Assembly (NCBI GenBank): GCA_039545335.1
Contig: BCIN01000005.1
Location: 1,333,946 to 1,397,945 of the forward strand
Source of the DNA: Kondoa subrosea
Taxonomy: Eukaryota
Direction: 5' to 3'
DNA length: 64,000 nucleotides
In this document: positions 51,295-64,000 of the stretch, one piece after another
How positions within the stretch are numbered: position 1 is the stretch's first letter
Layout: each line of letters starts with the position of its first letter
The notes under the pieces: generated by a model
Database searches by the model: none
The model's input: the letters and a program-made list of their open reading frames with translations, nothing else
Told to the model about the DNA's origin: nothing
Translations under genes and position numbers: made by a program

Positions 51295-52811
51295 TTACTT
51301 CTTCGACATCCCTCCTCCCTTATTAGCTGACTTGAAGTTCTTTGTAGCACCCGAAGACCTTTCAAAACCTCTACTTTGAGTCTTCTTGCCTGCACCCGAA
51401 CTCTTCTTTCCACCTTTGCCTGACTTCTTATCCTTCTTCTGCTGAATTCGAGCATTGAGATTCTCTGTCCTCTTCTTCTGTTGGTCAGCTTGCGATTTGG
51501 CTTGAGTTTCTGTCCGGTCCGTCCTATCATTATACATTAGTTCAGCCGAGTGTCTGCTTTATAGCTAAAAACTTACCACTCCTTCTTTGACTTATTCCTT
51601 TCCTTCTCTTTCCTTTTAACCATCTTCTTCAACTTGCTTTCTTCATCCCAGACTTTCTCTCCGCTAACTTTCTTTTCCACATTATTCCATTTATCTTTCT
51701 CCTCCGCTCTTTCCCTTGATTGAGGGTTCAATTTCCCCAAAAACTTTTTACGCTCGTTCAATTTCGCTAAAGCAGCTTTAGGATCCGCTTTAACTGATTT
51801 CTTAGATGAAGAAGAAGGTCGAGATAATTGATCAGTTGGGTTAACGCTATCTAAAGTAGCGAAATCCAAGTTTGAAAAAGCAATATCCGTATTCGTATTT
51901 TGTGCAGGTGCTGAGGATGTAGAAGGTACTAAAGCAGTTGATTCTTCTTCATCCATTTCCACATCATCATCATCAGCGAGAGGGGAAGGTGATTTCTGTT
52001 GTTGTAGAAGTTTGGATTTCTTGGCTTTGGCAGCAGCAGCAGCATCTAAAGCTTTCTGAAATTCTTTCCTAGCTAATTTTTTGGCTTGTTTCTTTGAAAT
52101 CTGTTCTTGTTCTTGTGCTGCCATTCTTTCTTTTTGCGTTTGTTGAATCAAAGCTTCCCTTGTACCTGATACTGGTTCTACAGAAGGTGCAGGAGAAGGG
52201 GCATGAGTAGTTGAAGGAGGAGGAGGAGCAGTTGATTTGGATGCGGCTGATAAGGAAGCGATTTTGGCATGCAAACGTTCACGAAGTTCAGAAATACTTG
52301 GTTGTTGCGTTTCGTTGGAAGAGCCAGATTTCTTTGAGGAAGATGCTTTGGGATGATCTTCTACTAGAGCTGCTAGTTTTGCAGCTTGCAATTCCAATAC
52401 TGTCCGAGGTGTAGCTGGATCATACTGTGGTTGTGTTCTTTTGAGATTGAGATCAATCATAGAGAGCAACGATACGCACCTTTGCTCTCTTTGCTGCTTT
52501 TGCTGCTTGCTTGATTTCAGCTTGAGCAAGGACTGCTGCAGCTTTGCGTTTCTTCTTTGATAATCCAGCAATAGGTTCCGGTTGAATGATCTGTGCGATT
52601 CCAAAACTCGTTGCTAAGCACTACATTGAGCTAGTCATTGCCGGGAGGACGCACCTTGTTTGGATCCTCGGCCAAGTAAAATTTAGCTGGAATATAGGAA
52701 AGCAGCGTTTCGAAAGCTGTGTTGTACTGCTGAAGTCTGGCAATCTGATCACGTTGTTCAGTGTACATGTCATTCGTTACACTTTGAGGGAGAGCTCACT
52801 CTATCGTCCAT
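51295..52811 (-). CDS. RRP14: Ribosome biogenesis factor Rrp14/SURF6
   Basis: N-terminal AFETLLSYIPAKFY, ELRERLHAKI, SURF6 C-terminus GEKVWDEESKLKKMVKRKEKERNKSKKEW..QKKRTENL..SRGFE. Confidence 0.88.
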
Positions 52812-52887
52812 GGTTGTTAGATCAAAGCATCATCAGCCAAAAGAAAAAAATTGAAAATGTTTTCTACTCTTGCTTCGATAGCACGAT

Positions 52888-53664
52888 ATGAGCGATACAG
52901 ACGAGTCTACAATACAGCAACAAGCACGTTTATGGCCTAATATCTTAATCACCGGAACACCTGGTACAGGTTCGTCCTCCCTTCATCCAATCCATGCGCG
53001 ATTGTGTTTGTTTAGCTCAACAATGTGAAACAGGCAAGACATCGCATTGTACTCAATTGGTTGAACTTCTTACTACCAAGAATTTACCGTTTGAACATAT
53101 TCAATGCGGTTCGTTAGTCAAGGATAGGAATCTACATACTGGTTGGAACGAGGAATGGGAATGTTACGATGTAGATGACGATAAGGTAAGGACTTCTTCT
53201 TCTTCTATCTTCCTTCAACACCGTCGTTTTTCTTCGAGTGGAGATGGAAAGTTGATTATCATGTTCAGTTATTGGATGAATTGGAACCGATCATGGGATC
53301 ATCAGAAGGAGGCAAAGTCCTAGATTGGCATTCTTGCGACCTGTTCCCAGAAAGATGGTTAGACTTGGTTATTGTTCTACGTTGCGATCATACCATTTTA
53401 TGGGATCGGTTGGAAAAGAGGTTCGTGGCTCTTCTTCGAAATTAGGGGCAATACTGAGAGAAAATGAATAGAGGATATAGTTTACCTAAGATTCAAGAAA
53501 ACAACGAAGCGGAAATCATGCAAGTTTTATTGGATGAAGCGAGGGAATCTTACGCGGAAGAAATTGTGGTTGAACTGCAGAGTCAGAATCCGGAAGATGT
53601 AGAGGCGAATCTGGAGAGGATAGAGCAGTGGATTGTTGCGTGGAAACAGAATCATACGGATTGA
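52888..53664 (+). CDS. FAP7: Adenylate kinase 6 / Fap7 (40S maturation)
   Basis: PNILITGTPGTGKT, LDWHSCDLFPERWLDLVIVLRCD, LEKRGYSLPKIQENNEAEIMQV..EARESY. Confidence 0.93.
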
Positions 53665-54093
53665 AAAGGCGCTTGAAAGTAAGGGTATGTGGATAGTTCA
53701 GACATATTAATAACAGATCAGGATCTTCGTAGTATGTGAGTCTTAGATGTAATGAAGCAACGTAAGGCGATACGATAGCAAGCCAGTACAGAGCGGAAAG
53801 TCAGAATGGAGTAGGGCGAGACGATCGTAGCTCCAGCATTCATTGAACGAGCAGTGCCTCATGCTATCGTCTAGCGCCTCTTGCAGTGCAGTAAAGCTTC
53901 TGCAGAGCTTCTTAAAATACAGGGCCAATTTGCCAAGTACATGACTTCATGAGATTGGAGAACCCAATAGAAGCAATCAAGCGACAAGGGCATTGATCTG
54001 GTATCCACGGCACTGAGCATCCGCTTCCGACTAGACTGATTGACTGACGAATCGCTCCTGTTCAACCTTACATTTTGTTTTCTGCAAAGCGCG

Positions 54094-57000
54094 ATGTCGA
54101 CATTGGATGCTTTCGGCTTCAAATCACCCAGTCGCAAGCCTAAAGCAAGTTCAAAGAAGTCTCCGGCACTTGTACAAAGTACTCTGGACGGCGGAATAGC
54201 TGCAGCCAACGCACTCAAGTCAGACAGTCTTGACTTCAAGCGAGCTCAGAACAAATACTACAAAGCTTCGCAAGATGATTTAGCTGAAGGACAGAAAGGT
54301 GATGAGCTTGAAGAAGAGGATGAGATGACTCTGGACAATTCAATCACTCAAGCTATCCGTGACATCTTACCACCTGAACCTTCTACCTCTGCTGTACCTA
54401 GGCCGAAGCTGCAATACGCTAGACCAAAGACTGTTTCGGCTTCTCCTGCTCCTACTGCAATGGACAGACCTGCTCCATCGCCTGTCTTGCATGTTAGATC
54501 TTCTCCGAAGAAGCAACATATCGCCAAAGTTACAAGACTACCAGCTGTGCAGTCTATATCCTCTTCCACAGATAGCAGTTCTTCTTCCGAAAGTGACATT
54601 GCACCGGTCAGTGCATCTCCCAGAATTCGGCCGATCAATTTGACAGTGTCTTACAGATTCAGAGCAAGAATCCGCCCACTACTTCGCCCAAGAAGCGAAC
54701 GGACCTTACAAGCGATATGGATGCACTTGCTAGAGATCTTTTCCCTGAAGCATACAAATCAGGTTCAGATGAAGATGTACCATTGGCATCACCTATTCGA
54801 AAGAAAGCTACTCAATCTCAACCTTCTTCTTCAATGAAACCTATCGATCGGAATACCTTTTATCGCCCTTCTCCTCTGATTACAAACGATAATGGTAAAG
54901 GAAAGAAAAGAGCCAAAGATTCCGAACCGAGTTCAGAAGTAGAGATTTCAATCTTTTCACCCTCTCCCAAAAAGAAAGCTAGACCTACTCCTGCTCCTGT
55001 ACCTGAAAAGACGAAGAAACAGAAAGCTTTGACTATTCCTAGTACTGAAGAGTCGGAAGAAGAGGAACATGCACCTATTGCACCGATTCCAAGCAAGACA
55101 AAAGCTGTTCCAAAACCTTCAACTTCTAGATTACCTGAAAGTGAAGATGATTTCCTACCAGCTGCAGAAGATATTGCACCAGGAGTTGCCAAACCAAAGA
55201 AGAAATTAAGCAAAGTGGTTGAAGAACCTATCAAGCCAAAGAAGAAGAAGAAGAAGAGTAAAGAAATTGCTACTTCTTCCCCTAAACAAATGAAAAAGAA
55301 AAACAAAGACAAGATTGCTGATTTACTCAATGATTTGGAAAGTGATGAACCTTCGACTGCTAAACCGCCGAAGAAGAAAAAGGCAATTTATGCGCAAGAT
55401 GAATCTGAAGTAGCGCCAGTTGTCAAAAAGAACAAGAAGAAGAAAGCTGTGGAAGTTGAACCTGCAGAGTCACCAAAGAAGTCAAAGAAGTCAAAGAAGA
55501 TTTATGCTACTGACCCTGAAGCAGATTTGATCGACCTACCTTCACTGGGTACAGAGAAGAAATGTTCACCGATTAAAGAATCAATCAAGTCGTCTCCAGT
55601 CAAACAACCAAAGAAAAAGAAAATAACAAAGCAAGTTTCCTCAGATGAGCAATCTGAAGTAGATGATTTCTTGGTTGAGGAAAGCGAGGAGTATATTTCT
55701 AGAGGTATTCAACCCAAGAAGCAGAAGAAAGAGAAAAGGCGAAGAGTTAGGGAAGAGAGTGAAGAAGTGGAAGAAGAACCTGATGACCTGGAAATGGACT
55801 TTGAAGGTATGCTTATGCAATTGACTTGGATCATCAGTTATCTGATGAAAGAGTAGTGCTGCAACCTACGAAGCTTAGAAGTAAATCTAAATTGAACGAA
55901 AAAACTTCCAAACGCCAGGCAATCCTAGCTAAAATCAGGCAAAAGAAAGCGAAACCATCCCCTGTTATACCAGATAGTGACGAAGAGGAAGAAGGTGCTA
56001 CACAAGCTCAATTCATCAATACCTCCTCTTCAGAAGATCCACCTGATCAATTCGTTTCTGATGAAGACGCAAGCGAAGATGATGCGACGAGTATCGATTC
56101 GGATAACTTCCTTGTTGAAGATGATGAAGATATGGAAGACCTTCGAGCTCAGATCCCAGCTAAATTTACCTCAGAGTTCACCCAGAAACCCATCTTCCAT
56201 TTCAGATCTTTTTGTCATGTTCGCTTCATCTCTTTGTATACTGCTGTTGTGTACTAATCATTTCTACTCTAGCTTTCAGTCCTCCGATGCCTCTTTCCTG
56301 ATGTTGAAGAGTTTGGCGATACACTCGAACTTTCTAGACGAAAGATTGCAGAATTAATTCAAGGCAACGTTTCTTCTCTAGTGAAATCACAAGCTTGGAA
56401 GTCAAAGTTTGTTCATGCTATTGAATTGCCTGAGCTTTCGGAAGAAACACTGGAATATACGCGGGATGGTTGTGATGCTTGCAAACTGTGAGTTACCCTT
56501 CTCTTGCTTAGGCGAATCGTAGCTGACGAGTCGACAGAGGAGGAAGAAAGAGCAAAGTCGAAGTGACGTTATATGGCAAAAGTTATGACCGTACGTTCCT
56601 TACTTATGAAGCCCCGTAGTGAGCTTTCTGAACCAAGGACATGTACAGGTCGTACTTTCAAACCGAAGAAAAGACATAATTACAACTCTGAAACGGAGTC
56701 TGAAGAGGAGGAGAGGAACAAGAAACGATATGCTGTTCAAGAAAGTCATTCGTTTGCTGTTGGTTCTGAATGCTTGCGAAAGGCAAAGTGCTATCATGAT
56801 TTGCAACGTGAGTAATGTCCCTTCTGGCTTAGGCTGCGACTGACCTTTCAATAGATTGGGAGTGGAATGTGCGCGAATTGATAGATTCTAAAGCGTGTTG
56901 CTGATTACGTGAAGCAGATTTTTCAACAAGTTTCCGCTGTCACAGAGCAACATCGGAGAACGCCCAACGATCGTCGTCCGAAAGATCCGAATCTGCTCAA

Positions 57001-57239
57001 AATCTGGGAACGGAAGCGACAGGTCGATTGCGATATGATCATGGATAAGCTTGAGAAGCAAAAGTTCTTCGAAACGAATTTTAGGTGAGAGCAAAGGATA
57101 GAACGTATGTCGTTGATGTTAACTTGCTGTCATCTCCCACAGGCAGCTCGATCAGCTGATAGATTATGGTCCGTCTGCTTTACTTTCTCGCTGCTCATGC
57201 TGAAATTACGTTGCAGCCAAGAAGATGTATGCTCATTGA
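54094..57239 (+). CDS. Lys/acidic low-complexity protein with C-terminal DUF4211-like domain
   Basis: SLVKSQAWKSKF, GCDACK, TLYGKSYD, FAVGSECLRKAKCYHDLQHWE pattern after a long K/E/S-rich region. Confidence 0.65.
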
Positions 57240-57945
57240 ACGCGAACTTGACAGCCGCATCCTTCTCATATTATGCTTGAGGACATGGTATTGCGTGATC
57301 CTGCCTTTCATAACATCCGAATGATTCGTCATTTGCTTGCATTCGTTCTAATCTCGCTGCTATGCGCTTTCCCCCTCTTGCTTTCCTGCAATTATAGGAG
57401 TAAAGTGAGCTCTGGCAACTTATCACTGACGATAGCGCTGTCGTTGGAAGCCTTCACGATCTCGATCTCAATGAACGGAATGTTTGACTGTTTCCAAATA
57501 TTGGTTCGAGGTAAGTCCAAGAAGTGTTGCTGTGCATTATGGCTTACATTCTTATCGAGATACATGATAACGAGAGCTTCGACGTACCCAGTATTGCTCT
57601 GAACCCCCTCTTATCGACCGTCAGATGCTCCTACGCCAAGTGCTCGACGCCTTCTAGGAGAACATCTTCCAGAATCTTCTGCATATCTCTTCAATTTAAT
57701 TCCGTCCGCTTCGCTTGTATCCTACAGGGATCTCTGGAAGCTGGAGTAGTTTACGGCTTTCTGCAAATAATGGCTCCCATCTTCTCTGGCTCAGATCATT
57801 TTCCCCTTTGTTCTTCAGCCCATAAGTAGTCTGGATTTGTCTTTTGCTTCTTGTACCGCTACCATCACCTCTCTCTTTATCTATCTAAACGTTTATTGAC
57901 CTCCTCTTCTATATCACCGCATCAGCATTCAATTTATCCTCGATC

Positions 57946-58610
57946 ATGTCTTCCTATCAAATGCCTGGATCGCACGCAACCCAAGCGCAAACGTTGATGC
58001 CAGCTTTCAAACATGAATACCTCAACCCTGCCAAAGTCGCAAAATTCCCTAATCCCACTGACGAAGAGGAAGAAAGCTATACGTGGGAAACGAAGGTTGA
58101 TATCCCGGAAAGAGTCTTCGGTATAAAGACCTGCCGTGCGTGTTTTAGCCTGAGATCGTGCGATGATTTGACACTTCTATCTCGCAGTTACTACTGTCAT
58201 CATTCATACCCATAAGCCTGACGCAGGAATGAAACACGGCGTCACGACCTTCGCTCAGGGCTCCGAATAGGTTGAAAAAGATATTATCACCTCCGCATCT
58301 TCACTTGGAAGGATATCTTGACGAAGCCGGCGAAGTAGTTCCGTGCCTCCAAACTCGCGATGCCACTCACCGGGAGGAGTCATTCAATCAAGGATGGATT
58401 GAATCACATCAACTGACCCGCTTCCGTGAAATCTTGGATTGGCTCAACCCTAACATGAGAGCCAATCTCCGAAGTATGCACTTGAAGGAGATGCATCGGC
58501 CTCAGCACAGTGAATATGAAGTCTACCGCTCAAACCTTCCTCTTAACGGCCTGACTCGTTCTGTTCCAAAATATCAGGGTCCTAATCGTAATGTACGGTT
58601 CCCTTTCTAA
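57946..58610 (+). CDS. Hypothetical small protein or disrupted gene
   Basis: ATG 57946 after a CT-rich leader and a plausible intron ending at 58188; this model stops at TAG 58268-58270, and a second open frame (58272-58610) follows directly. Confidence 0.3.
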
Positions 58611-58748
58611 ACAGAAGCGAAGTGATGGGGACTCCTCCAGACAAACTCATTGTACATAGCGCAATACACGTTTTCGTAGAACTTCATTACCATGCTTTCC
58701 TTCCCTTTCTTCGTTTACGTCGACTGGCTTCGACGGGTCCTTTCGCAG

Positions 58749-61700
58749 ATGCCTCCTCGCAAGAAGCTCAAGACTACACCACAGCCTGATCCAGATCCAG
58801 CTACCGTCCCTTCAGAGCCTATTCCTACAGCAGAAGTCACACTTGTTTCATCAGACTCTAGCGATATCGAGATGTACGGCTTTGCTGCTGCACTGTATAT
58901 GCTCGAATGTGTCTGAGATGTGTCTGTAGGACTCACAAGCCTGTTGCTGGTCCTTCCAAAGCTGTTCAGACTACCGCAGCTTCAGCTGCCTTGACTGGCG
59001 AAGCTGGCTTTAAGGCGGATCTCGCAGCTCTGAAAGCTATCTTCTCAGGCAGCGATCATGATGTTAAAGGTTCGCTACTTCCCTTCCCATGTGCATTCTT
59101 GTGCTTAGGTGATCCGTGTTGAACAGGCGTCGCAAATGGAGATTCTGACAATTCTGCTGTTTTCAAAGTCCCCAATCCAGCTAACAAGAAGCGCAATATT
59201 CTGTTCGTGAAGAACTCAGTCTGTATGCAATGATGCTGACCGCGGGCTTCTTCGAACAGGCTGAACGCAATGGTTCTTCGACCTGAATCTTATGGCGTTT
59301 CGCATGCTTTCACTGTCTGGGCTGACGACGACATTGAAGACAGTCTAAATGATGCCATTGAATCGTGAGGAACAAGTTCGCTTATGTGTTGTCCCTACTA
59401 AAAAACGACTATTGCTTGCAGCGTTTCTGACAAAGGACCCCTTCGATTGAAAGAACTCATCAGCTTCGTCTTGCAACAAACAGCAGGCAAAGAAGGAGTA
59501 GCGACATTCAAGAAACTCTGCTCTGCTGGAGCTCCTTCGTCTCGCTCGTTACAAAAAGGTCCCAGTGCCGTTCATGCGGAAGATGAGGAAGAAGAAGATT
59601 CGGATTACGATACTATGGATGCGCATGATGATCTCTTTGGATTGACTGCTATGCAAAGAGGAGGGACGGATAAGAATGTAATGAAGCAGCTTCGAAAGTC
59701 AGTCGGATTGTCGTGAACTTCAGCTTTGTTCTGATCCACGATGTTCCCCATTGACAGTGACTTCCGTGGCATTATTGCAGCAAAGTACCGACCTGGCTAC
59801 TGTCATTTACCAGATGGAACTCATGTGGTCACAATCGCATCGAAAGTCAGTGATTTAGGTGTCGAACCGCGAGCCTTACATGCTTGGGATGCGAAACTCC
59901 TCGTACCCAACACCTATTTGGTACTTCTTATTGCTTTCGATCGCTACCCTTCTTCGGTCAAAGATTATGCTGCGGCTAGAAATACAAGAGTTGCGGTTGG
60001 TCTTTCACCTAAAGCGAAGCCAAGCAAGCATGCTATTGCAGTGAGTGCTTCATTCTTCTTCCAACTCACAGCTTACTTGATGTGTCGGCTTTCACAGAGC
60101 ACTTTCCGTTCCCATTCGTCAATGTCGCCTTGGACCGAAGGCGAAATCGAAGCTTTCGCACTTACCGATCCTCTAGCAACAACGATGAAAGATTGTTTCC
60201 ATCAAGTGCTCAGCTTTCGTCTCTTTCATGAAGGAATTGGTTGGGCTGGAGCAGAAAAGTTTACCATCAATGTTCGACCCGGTGTGGAAGTCAAGTACAT
60301 AAAGAAACAGGCTACGACAGCCGATAAGGAGGAAGTCGAGCTGGACTATAAGGTTCGTCGACAAGTCAGAAGATCAGTATGAGTACTGATATCTGGTATT
60401 GTTGCAAACAGCTTCCCTCTGACCCGATGTCGAAAGCTTCAACTAAAGAGAACTTACCTTTGATAATTTGGTCCTTCTTCTTGCGTCGTTTTGTCATGTC
60501 TCCGCGCTTCTGTTTGGTTTGTGACGGTCCAGCCCTACAAGGTTTATCTAACTGCCTTCTGTTACATACAGATCTGTCATCGAAGTCTAGATGACGTTAC
60601 TATCAAGCCTTATGTGTGCAAAGATGCGCTATGTTTGTTCCAGGTCAGTTGCGAACATCCTGGCTTTGAGTATATCTAATAGTATCGGATGGAAATTGAC
60701 ACAGTATATGAGTCTCAATCTTGGACCATCTGTAGAATACGAGATCAACCAGTCAGTACAGGATTGCCAATTCAGGCTACAGTCTGATTTTTGCCTTTTT
60801 TCTATTGACAGTAACACCGCAGCAGTCGACCTCTTAATCCAGCTAGCTTACTCTTCAGCAACAGAACAAGAACTACCCGAGAAAATGTTGCCTCCAGCAG
60901 AAATGGGTCTGCGAGTACCAAAAGTTGGCTTATCAGCTTGGAAACCGGGCGACGAAGAGCTAGCTTTTGAGACTCTTAGCTTACAGCAGAAGAAGGAAGG
61001 GATTGCAACTCTTATCAATCACATTCCACCTGTTGCTGAGGTCAGTAAATACTCAGCAAATCAGCTTAAGCTGATTTTGCAGGAGATTCGATGACAGATG
61101 AAGAAATGGTTGATGGGCTCTGGTCTTACCGCTGAGTATGTTTCGCTCTCATGAAATGACTTTTCATATCTAAAAATGGTTGCAGAGAACAACGAAGTGC
61201 TAAAGCTAGGAGATTGGCCGACATGAAGGATGGTACCGTTCCATCTTCCGCTTGGGATGTATTGCGCTGGATCATCGCTTCGAATACCAGTACGTGTATC
61301 ACTTACACGTGCTTGCTTCCACTGAGACTGTCACAGGTTACTTGCGCGAGATTGAAGAAGTAGATTTGATGGTCAATGGTGTTTCTCGTACCTTTCGTCA
61401 ATTCCGCTTCATCACCGGTGATCCATCCAAAGAAACGCTTCTGCACAAAGAGATTGAGAAAAACCAAGAGACTGATGAGAATGCGGTTCGCTACCCTACT
61501 CTTTTCGCATTTCATGGCTCTGCGATGAAGAATTGGCATTCCATCTTGAGAGAAGGGTTGCATTTTAGCAAGACTACCAACGGACGAGCTTACGGTCACG
61601 GTGTCTACTTGTGAGTGTAGTCTACTTTGCTCATTTCAAGAGCTTATCGCAAGCATAGTGCTTTGCAAGGTGAAATATCGATGGGAACATATGCTCAGAC

Positions 61701-63195
61701 CTCAAATATTTCGTGGAAGAACTCTGAATTCCCAGCGAGTCGCATTGCAGCAGTATGCGAAATTGTCAACGCTCCCTCCAAATTCACCAGCTCTTCTCCC
61801 TATCTGGTCGTACCCAAGATTGAATGGATTCAAGTATGTTCTAATTCATGGTATCACGTACTGACTGACCAAATGGTTTCAGACTCGCTATCTCTTCGTT
61901 CAGGCACCTGCGGCTGCTGGCACTCCTTCTGACGAAGCAGTACACGCCGCAGGATCCACGATTGCTCTTGATCCCAGAGTAAGTTCTTATTGCTCTCTTA
62001 GTCAATAAGCTGATCAGAGTCTAGTTCCCGATCACTCTCAATAGAAGCGCAGTCACTATTCCTGATCTTGTTCCCAAACTCGAACGAGTGTACTCAAGAG
62101 GAACTGAAGCTGATGAAGATGTCTACTCGCCTTCTGATCTGGAAATCATTCGCGAAGCCTCTGCAGTCATCGAAATTGATTCTGATGCTGAGAAAGAAGA
62201 ACCTTATGAACCTTTTGCACCCAAATTTGTAGGTGATTTCTCGCTCGACTGATCAAAGCTAAGGCAAGGGGCAGCTGGCGCAAGTCCGCACGCTTCCACC
62301 TCCAAAGTCAGCAGGATCAGCTGGTGCCCATATTGCTAGAGCCATCAAGGAAATCATGGCTGCTCAAGATAAGGAAAGCCCTCAGAAGCTTGGCTTTTAC
62401 TTTGATCCATCTACAACCAACGACAACGTGCGTCCTGCTTCGAATGCTCCTAAAGAGCTGAATTGACGAATTGATGTACAGATGTTCCATTGGATTGTCG
62501 AAATGATCGGCTTGTACGTACGATTGTACAGGACTATCAGATGCATACTTATGCATCTGCATAGTGATGAAGATCTTCCTATTGCCAAAGACATGGCTCA
62601 AAAGGGCGTAAAGGGTGTTCTTTTCGAAGTACTCTTCCCGTCTACTTTTCCTTTCTCTCCACCGTTCTTCCGTGTTATCTCGCCTCGATTCTTGCCTTTT
62701 GCTCAAGGAGTACGTCGTTTGAATTGATACTGTACCTTTGCTGATTTGCTACTGTAGGGAGGTGGACATGTGAGTTCGGAAAGAGGCACTCTCAATTTAG
62801 CTGATCGGCGAGCAATCTTGAATCACAGGTTACCGCAGGTGGATCAATTTGCATGGATCTCCTCACGGCTACTGGCTGGACCAGTGCCTACAATGTTCAG
62901 TCCGTGCTGCTGCAAAGTGAGTTGCCAAAGCTCTTTCAGCATGGTGATTGCTGAAGGCTCCTGGGTATCTTCACAGTAAAACTCGCTATATCCAGCACGG
63001 AACCTCGACCAGCTCGTCTGGATCCGAGAGATTGGTCTCGTCCTTACTCTGTTCACGAAGCTAGTAAGTCTCATCTGGTTAAAAGGTCTGTTCAATCCTG
63101 ACTCTACTGCAGTCGAAGGATTCAAACGTGCAGCCGCCACTCATGGATGGACTTCTCCTCCAGAACTAGACAAGCTGGCCAACGGTCAATTCTAA
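58749..63195 (+). CDS. PARP-like (mono-ADP-ribosyltransferase type) domain fused to a UBE2Q-like ubiquitin-conjugating domain
   Basis: LFAFHGSAMKNWHSILREGL..GRAYGHGVYFA..S..Y (PARP); C-terminal FPSTFPFSPPFFRVISPRFL..GGHVTAGGSICMDLL (E2 active-site Cys). Confidence 0.88.
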
Positions 63196-63397
63196 CTTTC
63201 ACTTTTCTAAACCAACATTCCTTTCTACCAAGCAGAAGATAATACCCAGTCATGCCATTATGTTCATCGCACCATTAGATTATTGCTTTATCCTTTATAG
63301 ACTTGCATTGTAGATTTCCTATTGCCACTGTCCAACCTTTCGACTGATTTTCGCATGACTTTGTTTGCTTCAAACTAACGTATACGCTAATTCAAAA

Positions 63398-63804
63398 ATG
63401 TCAAAGCGCAAATGGGGTAGGCTGCATTATGGACAGCATGAGCAGTGGTATTAAGACGCTGTATTGTCCAGATGAAGAAGGGCCAGACCAACCTGCAAGC
63501 AAGATGCGGTCGGATTCGCCTTCCATAGCTGCAGGCTCTAGTGGAAGCGCAATGGATGCAGCAGGTCAGTCTGGGCTTGCATTCGCGCTGTGACACAGCT
63601 GCTAAGATCAGGCCCGGGATGACAGCCAAAATTGCTGCTCAACTAGCCCAGCAATACGCATCTGGCGGAGGTGGCAGCTATACGCCTGCTGGTGGTTTAG
63701 GCAAAGATCAGCGCGAAGCCAAAGACCCAGAATTCGTCAAGGATATCGAGATCAACGATTTAAGGAATCGATATATGCTAACTAAAGGTGGAAGCCAAGC
63801 TCAG
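63398..63804 (+). CDS. KH-domain RNA-binding/splicing protein (KHDC4-like), 5' part; gene continues beyond the window
   Basis: MSKRKWD start, then EFVKDIEINDLRNRYMLTKG, the motif preceding the first KH domain of this family; donor GTAAGG at 63805. Confidence 0.7.
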
Positions 63805-64000
63805 GTAAGGCGTCCTTTCCTTTCTACTGATTAGGTCTCTTCTTCTCTGTTTGACTGTTTTGCTGCTGTGACGGAGTAATGTCATAAGGTTGCGAGGCGT
63901 TTCTTTGCTTGCCTGGCATATGAGCTGACTCTGACGGCTGATCGATTCTAATCTGATACATTGCTAGCGTTGATTTCAAATATCTAAATCTCTTTCTTCT

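Noticed and set aside
54600..54720. Apparent frameshift between ORFs 54040-54837 and 54717-55856
   Set aside because: Explained by an ordinary intron starting GTCAGT near 54607.
55190..55640. AAG/GAA-rich runs and the short duplication AAGAAGTCA
   Set aside because: Encode Lys-rich low-complexity protein, not a repeat element or CRISPR array.

Overview
Gene-dense, intron-rich eukaryotic DNA that looks fungal. A basidiomycete yeast is my inference from the ~45-70 nt introns, relaxed branch points and microexons. About 22 spliced protein-coding genes are present; I found no rRNA, tRNA, CRISPR array or recognisable transposon. Most are housekeeping genes: SEC2-like Rab GEF, RMD5/GID2, a full-length PDR ABC transporter, UBA2, a RING E3, a 3'-5' exonuclease, MLH1, a La-motif protein, class II myosin, a JmjC protein, PMP22, RRP14, FAP7, a DUF4211-type protein, a PARP-UBC fusion and a KH protein. 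The stand-out is a compact aromatic-catabolism cluster at 18.7-28.6 kb. It holds a C2H2/fungal-type transcription factor, an FAD monooxygenase (salicylate hydroxylase-like), a catechol-type intradiol dioxygenase, and a minus-strand gene at 25639-28635. Hand splicing with canonical GT-AG introns makes that last gene one continuous frame fusing three domains: SnoaL/NTF2-like + 3-oxoadipate enol-lactone hydrolase-like alpha/beta-hydrolase + beta-propeller muconate cycloisomerase. I infer a trifunctional enzyme for muconate -> 3-oxoadipate. All gene models were spliced by eye, and functional calls rest on motif recognition, not database searches.
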